A DNA stretch of 64,000 nt from Enoplolaimus lenunculus. Taxonomy: Eukaryota. The stretch spans positions 248,001-312,000 of the forward strand of contig JASANG010000424.1 in assembly GCA_030248215.1 (NCBI GenBank). Reading direction: 5' to 3'. Of this stretch, positions 48,021-60,000 are shown in pieces (the stretch's first letter is position 1; each line of letters begins with the position of its first letter). The notes below the pieces were generated by a model. It had not been told where the DNA came from and made no database searches. It saw only the letters and a program-made list of their open reading frames with translations. Made by a program: the position numbers and the translations under genes.

Positions 48021-51000
48021 AAAAATTTAAACAAATTTCCTGTTGCCGGTCAGTTGCAAATTTCTCACTGTTTTATTGACGAGTTCGTTGATTCGACGAA
48101 TCAGAAATCACAACTTGATTTTGGCCAATCAGATTCCGCACAATCTCCTCAATCAACTGTCTTTTTATTCAATCAAAATTCATGCCGAGAAATCGGCCAG
48201 TCGGATTTTGTCGAATCTCAATACTCATTAAGATCGATTGAACAGTCAACCAAACAGAACTCGCGATTCGAAATCGACCAATCAAATTTGTCTAAATTGT
48301 CAGAATCATTGAAATCAATTGAACGATCGATCAGCCAGAATTCACCATACGAAATCGACCAATCAGATTTAGCTGAATCACTTCAACCAATCAAATCGGT
48401 TGATCACTCTGTATCACGGAACACACCATTTCGTTCGACTCCGGATCTCTATTCGGAGCTGTTTGTTGATTTTATTAATTCACCAATTGCTTCTGACGAG
48501 TACGCTACTCCTCCTCGAATGGCTGGAGTATCACATTACCATCGAACCTTAACTGGTCCTACAAGCGACTATTCCCATTCGACCGCAAATAGCGCTTCTC
48601 GCCGTTATGCCTCAACCAGAAAAAGTCACTTTCTTCCTTCAGTATCGCTTGCCAGCGCCTTAACTCAACCCTTAGTACCGTCATACTACCACCCCCCTCC
48701 CTTGCTGAGCCGTCCCAGCGATAAGCAACACATTTACGAAACGATATGGGGCGGTAAGACTGGAATTGTTGGAGTTACCAGCTCTTCGAAAGGTTCAAGA
48801 AAATTTCCTTCAAACTACGGTCAGTCTACGGTCTATGCAAGCTATCGAGGCCCTTCTACCAGTTCGGTAATAACAGGCCTATCGCCTGCTTTTCGATCAC
48901 TTTCTCCCCCGGACAATCGTACATTAGGGCCTCAGCAAACATCGCGAGCTTCGAGTCACTCCAGCTCTTCGGGGTTTAGCCAATCAGCGTCGAGTGCGTT
49001 TCGTCAGTTGACGTCATCGGGACGTAATTTAATAGGTCATAATACTACCAACAGTAATAACCAATCAAAATCGAATGTAACCGGCGGCGATAAAGTGAAA
49101 GCGGCTCTTGACAACGGTGCTGGTGACCTGGACGAAGAGGTTATGACATCGACGATCGATGATTCAAATCAGAACGAACACAACGATGCATACGAGGCTC
49201 TTAACTCAAACAGCAAACCGCAAACAGCAATCAAAGCATCAATTGAACCAGTCAAACTATCAGATAAGCGAACAGCGTCCGTCCATAAACAAAATGCAAA
49301 ATCTGACCATATTTTCAAAACTAGAAATCACCAGATTGAAACAGAAGACAGCCTAAAAGATCCGTTGTCTAATTTAGAACGTTGGAGGGCTAGAAAAGCT
49401 GATTTAGATCGCGATAAATCTCATTCTACGGGTAGCACGCTAGGACTGGAGCCAACAGTGGCTATTGGAACTAAATTTGATAAAAGTTTACAGTCACAAG
49501 CACAAGATAAACCAGTCAGGGTCGTCTTCGATGAAATCGTACAACCATTAAATATGGCAGCTTCAGAAATCTACGGAGAAGACAATATTAAACCGATTTC
49601 AACGTCGCCCATGGTTCACCGGATGAAATCAAAGGAGGCGGCGGAAACAGTAGCATATGCTACTCCGGCAAAAATAATTCCAGTAAAAACAGGAGATGCA
49701 GAAAGAGTGTCAAAATCTCAAAACCATAATACAAAAGAGAAAACTTGTTTGAAGTCAAGTGAGAATAGTTGGCGAACACGTAACAGTCAACGGCCATGGT
49801 ATGACGACCAAAACACTCAGGTATCAACAAAATGTCGCGTGAGCCGATCGACAATTGTCAAATCTGATGACGATAAATCCCGCGAAAATGCAAAATGTCG
49901 CGTGATACGATTGACTGCTGGCAAATCCGATGACGACCAATCTCCTGAAGACGCAAAATGTCGACTGACACGGCAAAATGAAGCTTCTGATAAGTCGAGT
50001 GACGTCAAATCCGCCCGTAGAAACGATACTGATAGCAATCGTAGAAGCAGTTCTTCAGATCGTAAAATAGCAGGTCGAACCTCGCCTGATGGCGTTTCAG
50101 AAGGCTCTGAACAAGGCGGAGACAAATTTTCAACTCCGCCGCGTTCCCCGCATGACTTCAAAGCTCAAACTGGTCACAGGAAATCGGTTCCAGGTAGTAC
50201 GTCTCAACTTAGTAGAAGCGCTTCAAAACTTAAATCGCCGGAAATTTTGGGACCAAACGCAGACAGTGTTCTCGCTGTTTCAGATAACCAAACATCTGCA
50301 AGTACTGAAGTGCGACCTGGTGAACAATCCAGACGCTCTATTCTGGAACACCTCGAAAACCAACTCGCTACTCAAGATCGTTCGATAAATCAGACGAGAT
50401 CACTTGTTGATACAGACGTCTCCGTTAGCGTTCCAACACTCGACACAAAGTCAATAGGCAAAATGTCGCGTGACGCGGTAACGCAATCAACAATCAATCA
50501 GAAGCCGAGAAAATCGATTACTGACACAGTCGCGACCGCAAGTGTTCCAGCAGTCGACACGAAGTCAATAGGCAAAATGTCGCGTGACGCGGTAACGCAA
50601 TCAACAATCAATCAGAAGCCGAGAAAATCGATTACTGACACAGTCGCGACCGCAAGTGTTCCAGCAGTCGATACAAAGTCAATAGGCAAAATGTCGCGTG
50701 ACACGGTAACGCAATCAACAATCAATCAGAAGCCGAGAAAATCGATTACTGACACAGTCGCGACCGCAAGTGTTCCAGCAGTCGACACAATGTCAATAGG
50801 CAAAATGTCGCGTGACACGGTAACACAATCAACAATCAATCAGAAGCCACGGAAATCGATTACTGACACAGTCGCGACCGCAAGTGTTCCAGCAGTCGAT
50901 ACAAAGTCAATAGGCAAAATGTCGCGTGACACGATACCTCGAGATTCGCCTGGCAGCGGTGGATCGTCGACTTCTTACGACAATATCTTAACTTCTTCAA

Positions 51001-54000
51001 CAGAAACGTCATCAATTGACGATATAAAAGCAAAATTATTCAGTCCTAAGCAACAACGACCGGTTTCTAAATCTTATAGTCAACCAAATTGCTGCGCATC
51101 GCAGTTGCTATCCTATAACTCTTCCAAGTCTGAGCAATCGAACAGCTCAGGATGGGCTGGTCATCGATTGTTGCCGCAAGAGTGTCGATCGCCTAAACCA
51201 AGCTCGGATGCCTGGAGTTCGAGTAGCATCGTAACCCAAGCAGGGATCGATTCCCGCAAAGTACAGCCCCATTCGCCGGCAGATCCCTTTCCTTCCGAAA
51301 ATGCCACCCCTGATACTCGAGACGGATCCCAAACCAACGATTTACTTACGAGACAATCCGCAAATCAAACCAATAACAGCAACGAACTACAACAAGCGTT
51401 TATTCGCCGACGGTATCAAGCTAAACGTCACCCCAAAGGCCACTTTTTATACAGTCCCTCGACTGGAAACGTACGCCATAGTGCAAGCAATGCAGAATTG
51501 CATCTGTATGCAAAATCTGCAATTATTTGCAATTATAACACGGCCAATACCCCTGTGTGGGCTCGCAGTGCAGGCAGTGCACCTAATGTTAATGTGCGCC
51601 GGTCTATGTCATCTGAAATTCATACAGGAGCGCTTGCTTCTTGTGACATTGGGCAAAATGCTAACACTGATGGAACTTCCACTAAGATAGAGACCACAAA
51701 GGGATGCACGTCTTCGCCAGAACGTAACCTGCCTGCCATCAGCCCGAGAACAGAGTCCTCCATAAATTCAGCGTCAACTGATGTTAGGCTATCAGCCAAA
51801 AGCCAAAGCAAATTTGAACAAAATTTGGACTGCGACACCAATTTAAATTCAAAATCAACTTCAAATACGTCATTTAATCAAACTCGAGGCGAATTTTGCC
51901 AAAATTACAAAAGTTCGACTGCTATGGAATCAACCAGACCTAACACTACCAACTTGTCAAGTTGGCCCGTATCTGACGATAACCAAATTGTACTTCCGTT
52001 GATTGCTGGCTCATCTCGGGGAAAATGGCGAAAAGAAAGGGCGCAGGCGGCAGCTGCAGCTGAATTAGCGAATCAAAAATCGGCATTTCAACACGACACT
52101 TATGCGCCAGCCAGTGCAAATCTGGACGATATTTTGGGTCCTAATTGGGCAGTTATACCAGCCAATGAGCGGCAAGATATAGATCGAACAGCGTTAGATA
52201 ATGCTAGTGGATCAATTGAGTAAGTTTTTTTGATTAGCCAATAGCTGGGGGTTTATAAAATGTTACTTTTGTAATTAAATTGTTTTAAGTGCAAGCTTTC
52301 GTGTATAAACCAGGCCGGTTTGATATATAATCGAAAATGTGGTGCTAAACCTAACAACAAAATAACGCGGTAAATTAATTATCATATTTAGCGCTTTCCG
52401 ATGACAATTTTAGACTGTAACGATAAAGTCCGACAGTTCGCGTAACTCTATATTTAGAATTAACATATAGCGCAAACTGTACACAAAAGGTCCGTCAATG
52501 CAATAAAAACACAATGCGGACATTTTTTAAGAGATAAAATGTCCGCACACAGTTTCGCAATAATAGTATAGCTAGCCATTTTATAACAGTATAGGTGGAC
52601 GATGGATGTGCGGAGTGCACGTACGGAACCGTGTGAGTGACATAAATTTAAATTTTCTGTCCTTTGGCACAATCCTACTTTGGTGACAGATTGTGCGGTT
52701 TCTCGAACAATTAAGCGTGAGATTCGAAATTTAGCCCGTTTATTAGATTAGGGTCCTGACACTACATGAAAATTTATATTTTCAGCTAAACACAGTTGAG
52801 AATATGGTTACTAATTTGTTTATTTTCTCTATCAACTTGGCTCATGTTACTTTTAGGGCTGTCCCATATTTTTACAACAACTGCAATACAGTGTGATTAG
52901 ATTTTCGTTTCTTTGCTTAGGCTTAGGTTTTTGCGTAACCTTAACATTTATTTTTGCGCTTTATGCTGAGGTTTAGGCTGAAGAATGTGCTTAATCTAGA
53001 GTTGCGGTTCTTAAAGTAACACTTGTTATTGACTTTAAAAAAACTAATTAAATTCGTTTAGTAGGTCCATATTGTTTCATAAGCTAGTAAAAACTCCAGT
53101 TTTGTAAAAAAACTAAAAATAGCAAAAACCAGCAGGTATTATGGGACCATTAAGTGACCCCTGTTCTGTAATTAATATATACCATAATCAGACCTCAAAG
53201 TTTAGAAATTTTCAAAATTTTTCACTTTTTACTTCCAACGATCTAAACATCCCTTCTAACTTTTTAAGTAATGTTTATTAGCTATGTCATTAAATCCAAA
53301 AAACGCTTAATTAAAAGTGTTTTTACTATAGCTTTAGTGCTAGTCTTTAAACAACGCAACAGCACTCGACAGTTTTAGCTAAAGTCACCAGTATAATTTT
53401 GCACAATTTTAACTTGTTTTAATATTGGCAACACAGTTCAGCTAAATCTTAACTTGAGTTAAAACAATTAAAATATATTTTTCAGAAATATTTAAAAATT
53501 GATTTGGATATTTGTTTTTTGATTTTTTTCCTAAAATTCCTACTAGAAACAATAAAAATATATTTTTTCGAATATGTAGAATGTGACTTAGATATCTATT
53601 TATATTTTTTCCTAAAATTCCTACCTAGAATGAACTGCCGTTATTGTAGACGAAACTACGAGTTTCCTAGCGACCAAACTTTTAACATCGCTGGTTTTAT
53701 AAATACGGAGCCTGAAATGCCCCTGCTTGTCAGTTACAGGTGGGACTGAGTAAATAAGATTCAAAGTGAACAGCATTTTTAGTTTCAACTAAAACTGAGA
53801 TAACATTTTTCAATTTAAAAAATTTACTCGAAACTAAAAAATAACGACTTTCTTGCGTTAATCAGATCTTCCGTAAAAAATCAGCTAAAATCTGTTGTGT
53901 AAACAAATTTCAAAGCTTTAGTCAATTTACAATTCAAAAACGAGAGTTTCATTTTTTGTCGTTTTGTATCAATTTTAGCTGTATTCATTAGCTTTTTAAG

Positions 54001-57000
54001 TAATTTTTAAGAGTTTTAGCTTTGCAGTATTAAGAATTGAAGAGTATTTTTTGAAACGAATACGTTTTACGGTAAACAAGCAAGTAGTAATGTTTAATAA
54101 ATTTGTCATTAGGTCTTCCAACAAAGAACGGTATAAGTGATTTGATCAGGAACGGAACTAAGCTTAGTCGGGTCGCGAATTCAATGATTACAACAGGTGC
54201 AACTGAAACGCCTTCGATACGTAATTTGGTTATCGTTTAAGCTTATTCTGTGCTTAGGTTTTGAAAATAGCATCAAATCAACTAGTTCAGGCGGTTGCAA
54301 TATTGGCAACAATTGATTTGAATTTATGATTTACCGTTCTTTGCATTATATTTCAAAATATGCAAAGAAAAATTGGAAACCTGTCCAAATTACGTACGTG
54401 GGGCGTTCCAGCTTTTAATAATATACATTTTCATGTACCGTATATAATCGAGAAACGATATTTCGAATAAAATACGTTTTAAAATTAAATTTCAACACAA
54501 ATATGTTCATTGTCACGTTTATGTCAAAACTGTTTATTTGTCGCTATCCTGGTAACTTAAAGTACGTTCTGAATTTTGTATATTAATGAAAATTTAAGAA
54601 TAAGACGGACAGTCAGATGAATATATATTAAGAAGTAAGGAATTAATAATTTCTAGGCACAAACCAAAAACAATCTAGAAATTAAAATGCTGACCACTGT
54701 TACTATCTGGTTAAGAGGTCGTAACATTTTTGGCCAAAAAATAATTATGTAAGCTTTATATCACGAAATTTATTTCATGAGTGCTACACATCCTGTGAGC
54801 GTCTTCGAGAGCCCGTAACCAATGATAGCCGGAGGCCTCAGCCCCCCTAGAAAAGTTTCACTTGTAAATTATCACAAACCCTTGTATGCCTCTCCTAAAA
54901 AAATTTTCAGCCCAAACATCAAGTGTTTCATCTGTTTCATCTATTAAAGGATCGCAAGGACTTTATGAAACAGACACAAACACACACATATCCTTTTTTA
55001 AACCTGTTTAAGGAAAATAGACCCGGAACATTTTCAAATCGCCAAATAACACGCAATGCTTAGCCTACCATTAATTATTTTCAATTTTGTGAAATACCAA
55101 AATGCAATTGGTTAAAATTTTCGTTTCAGGTCACCTAAAACCAATCACGTTCCAGCAAAACCTTCAAGCAAACTAGACCTCGTTGTTCAACCTCCCACCA
55201 TAGTGAAAGTAAAACCACGACGTACTCACAATACCCGTAGCTCCGAGTATCGACTCAGCCAACCGATCACAACATCCGGTTCTTTGTCGTTCAACTCCGG
55301 ATACTCTCAATTAAATCCGCCGGAACTAACGCCAAAGCAACATCAAATTTCATCTCTCCCAGATCGTCGCTCGGAAGAAATTGGCAAAAGTCCAAACACG
55401 TTCAATACTCCTCCAGATGTGATTACACCAACCACGTCCAGACCACGCCATAGTGGCCGAGCCGCTCGCAGGCGCTACGAAGGCCGGCATAAAAGTGAGC
55501 TATCTGGCCTGTCACAGTCAACTATCCCAGACACTGTCTGGAATAGCAGTCTAGACAACAATCGGCCAGACTTTGCGAATGATGGTTCGGTGAGTCTACG
55601 AAACGTTTCAGCAAAAGCGACACTATTCGAAGCGATTGTGAAAGAAAAACACGAACAACATCGCCGAAGTTTGACGTCAACCAATCAGAAAGCTCTTGAG
55701 GCCGCTAGAATCGCTAATGATTGGACAACGGTTGATGAGTTGCCGGCGTATCGCCAACTAGCCAATCAGCGATCTGCAGCTCAGTTAAACGCTTTAGAAC
55801 ACGAACAATCAGCCAATCAGCAATCAATATTTCAACAACATCGTGTGCTGCATGATCATCCAGCCAGTCAGCGATCGACGCTGGACTATATGTTACGCGA
55901 CCATTTAGCCAACCAGAGACCAGAACTTCGTGAACTGTCCAATCAGCGCACGAGAATGGGTAGTGATCATTTTTTTGCTGAAAAACTAGCAAATAAGGAA
56001 TGGGAGATGCAAAAATTACCCAGTCAGATTAAAGAAAACAATCAAAGCGACTTGAAAAACAACAAGCTAACCAATCAACAACGCATGATCGAGGCTTCAG
56101 AACAGACAACCAGTGAAAATTCGTCAAATCGCATCGACAGCTTACCCAATGAAAACGACGATAGCGTTAGCATTGACGAGCTATTAGCTGAAACTTCTGA
56201 AGCTGACAGGATGCTCAAATTACGGCAACTATCGCCACAAATGAGCAAACGCAGCAGGCCTTTTGTATCTCCAAGCAATAAAACAACGAAGTATTCGAGT
56301 CGGGAAATGGCGAAAGGCAATATCGCAAATCTAAGCAGTGGTGTAGAACAGCCAATCGCTAAAGCTGAAGGTATTCAGGCGAATGACGAATCAGATGCAG
56401 GTTAGAAGCCAGAATAATTGTTGCATTTCATTGGTGGCGTCCGAGTTTTAAGAGCTCCACCAATCTTTTATGAACACATAGTTTCAGCGCTAATCAGCGT
56501 GTCTCCATCTCAGGCAAAGGATTGTTCCTAAAACTTGACTTACAGGTGCGTAATTGTCAATATAAAGCATGCTTGGTATCATACGTGTCCGGACGATAAA
56601 GGATACATAGACTTGATTCTTCAAACGTAAGCCATTACCGTCCGACAGGAGGAATCAAAACCAAAATTTTGCATTAACATTTTGATGCTAAAATTGCGTT
56701 TCGCATCTACGCTCGGGAAACGTTTATTTGCTAATTTCTGAATCCAAGACTGATTGAATAATTGAAAATGGTTTATTTTCAGGTGATGAATTGACCAAAT
56801 TAACGATTGGCGAAAAAATGAAACTTTTCGAATCGAAAATGCGTGAACGCCCGCGGTCACCGCCACGATCACGAACGGACCGGACAGGCGGTTCGCAAAG
56901 ACGTTTTGCGTCAAGATACAAGTCACAAGCTGTTACTTCGGTACGTTTGTGCACTGGACAGATAGCGGTACTGTATTGACCCGAATAAGAGGGGGAGCGG

Positions 57001-60000
57001 TAATAAGAGTGGGGGTGCCCATTTTGAGTGCGAATCAATTGGAGTCCGTATTCCTAATAAGAGTCCGTAAGCGGATAGCGTGCCTAACGCCTAATTAGAG
57101 TCCATAAATGTCAATTATCCCTAATTGTAGCGCATAAAAATGACTCCAGGACCAAATAATTTGAGTTCGAATCTTTAAAGCGTACTTAAATTTGGGAAGT
57201 ACATTCCTAAGTATAACATTGTATTATCGCTCAAGCTATTGACACAAGACAAATGCAGTACCGGATATATCAGTAACGAAGGGCAGCGCAGCGTGCGTTG
57301 AAAATAAACAACAGTCCGTAACCGAATAACAAGGGGGGATACCCTATGGAGAGGCCAAATAAACATCAGTCCCCCCTCTTATTCGGGACACTACAGTAAG
57401 TCAAGCTTTTGCTGAGTGGCAACCTAATGGAATCAATGCAGACTGTATTAGCAAACTTAGATAAATAGAATTCAATTTTAGGATACTTTTTGTCTTCAGA
57501 AATTCTACCACTCTGAAACGCTTTGTTAGCAATATTTTTCTTATTTTAACATAAACCCATTGTGCCTGAGGAACAAAAATGTTCAATTTAGGGCCCGTAT
57601 TCTCAAATGTGTATAGCATCTATCACTAGTTGGTGACAGATCTTGTAACTTTCGAACCAACGTAAGGTTATGTTTGAAATTGAACACATCTTTCGGATTT
57701 TGATTTGCCTTTTACTTCGATACCAATTTTGACGTTCGCAATTGCAAATATTCGTCAGTTTGAAAATCTGTCGCTGATTATAGATGCTATTCACATTTGA
57801 GAATACAACCCTAAGTTATACCTTCTAGAGCATAAATGCGGCTCACTACCCGCAGCATTTGATTATAAGTCGTAGACAACACCGGTAGTATGGCTTAGAT
57901 CCGGCCGCTTGAGTATTGTGTGTTTTAAAATATAATATTTTGCCTTCGCCATAAATTCAATAACTGCTCATTCAGACAGGCTATACTCATCGAACAGGAG
58001 TCGACACAAAATTAATCGTTAAGATTTAGTATTAAAATGGCGTTTGGCTTCTTGTTAGCTTCGCTCATGAATGTTTTCATCATTATATATTGGCTACCGT
58101 GAGAAATTGTGCGAATATGCTGATGAATACGCTAGTGAAAGTGTTTGTATCGATTCGCTCGACTGTGTTAAGCTCTTGTAATATAGCGGCGATGGTAAAC
58201 ACTTATCGTACCAGAGTGTTGAGAGTTAGAATCCTAAACTGAAATTAGGGCGCCTATTGTTAAATGTGTATAGCATCTATTATCGGTTGGTGATTGGTCT
58301 TGTACCTTTCGATCCAGCGCATGATGAGGTTCGAGATTGAGCACAAGTTTTGTAGGTTAATATGTCCTACTTCTGTAGGAATTTTTAGATCCACAATTAC
58401 AGAGGTTCGTCAGTGTAAAAACCAATCGCTAACTATGTCAATTATCCCTAATTGTAACGCATAAATGAATCCAGGACCGAGTAAACTTGAGTTCGAAACT
58501 TTAAAGCGTACTTAAGGTTTGAAAGTACATTCCTAAGTATAACCTTGCATTATTGCTCAAGGTTTTGACACGACAAACAAACGTTTAATTCAACGGATTG
58601 TTGCAATACCGTATATCAGTATGACAAATAAGCGGGTTAAAAACAAATAACAATCCATAATCGAATAACAAGTGGGGTACCCTCTGGAGAGGCCAAATAC
58701 ATATCAGTCCCCACCTCTTATTCGGGTCACTACAGTATGTGCCCGTGTACCTTCACAATCTGTATTGGGTTCCAATAACGCTGTAAAACATGATAAAGAT
58801 GATCAGTGTTACTGGCGTAACAGTATATATCTCAGCATATTCCTATTCCTAAGGCTAAGACTAAACTTCGGCGTAAAAATAAGTCTGTAACCAAGCTTAA
58901 GCAAAAATAATCTTTGGCTCCGTAATTTTTCGGTATCTATCCGATCGCACCTTAATATATAGTCCTTTTAATTTTAGGAAGAAATTCATGCAGCGTCAAC
59001 GTTTCAATCTAGAACTTTAGAAGAAAATCACCGAGATTCAATGGTGCGTTGAATTTTTGCACCATTTACACCCCCCACAACAGTTATTTATAGAATTCAG
59101 TTTAAAAACAGGTGTTTGAAAATTGTTGAACTTTAAATTTAATGCAGTGTTAACAATTAAATGTTGGCCTGGCCACAAAATAAGTTCCATCCCAGGGTTA
59201 ACGAGTGGTCGTTGACTCTACCTCAACGAAAATTTTCCGTTGACCCCACATCAACGAGTGGTCTGTGCCACTGGTTGAGGTAGAGTCAACACTTTTTTTA
59301 CAACCCGTGACCCGCACTGACCCTACCTCAACGTAAAATTTCTGTTGACCTTACCTCAACGTGTGTCACTGAGCCTTTTGTGACACACGTTGGGGTAGGG
59401 TCAACGCAAAATTTTCGTTGTCGAAGGGTCAACGCCCACTCGTTAACCATGGGATGGAACATATTTTGTGGCCAGGCCAAATATTTTATTGTGAACGCCG
59501 CATAAATCGGTTCGAAAATTTACAAGAGTTGATAAATCGTTGGAGTTCTGGTCGTTTTCAACGCGATGCTCATACCATTTTTCATAAATTGGTGTCGTTG
59601 CCCTAAAGACGCTACAAAATCGCTGGCTACGCTGGTATTTAAATGTTGAGACAAATTGGGTGCGTACGCAGCCAGAAGATGATCGAGGGACCACTGTTCC
59701 TCAAAACTCAGTTTGAACAAGTTTATTCCATGTTATACTAGGAAAACGGTGACAACTGAAAACGTTTCCATTCTGCCCTGGGGGTGGAACGATACAGAAA
59801 TTTTGATCCTAAGGCAAACATTTACCAGCTAGACTAGAGGCCGTCCAGCACAGCGATGACCGGCCTATCTTTGATACGGATGTAGCATTAAAAAATTAGC
59901 TTTCCGCTCGAAAGCATAAAAAGCGGGACCATCCGCTCCCATAGTCTTATCGGTTGTTGTACACTTCCCCTACGTTTAATTTTAACGCTTAGGATTAAGC

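Noticed and set aside
54113..54220. Additional supervillin-like exon
   Set aside because: Open only in phase 1, while the flanking junctions are phase 2.
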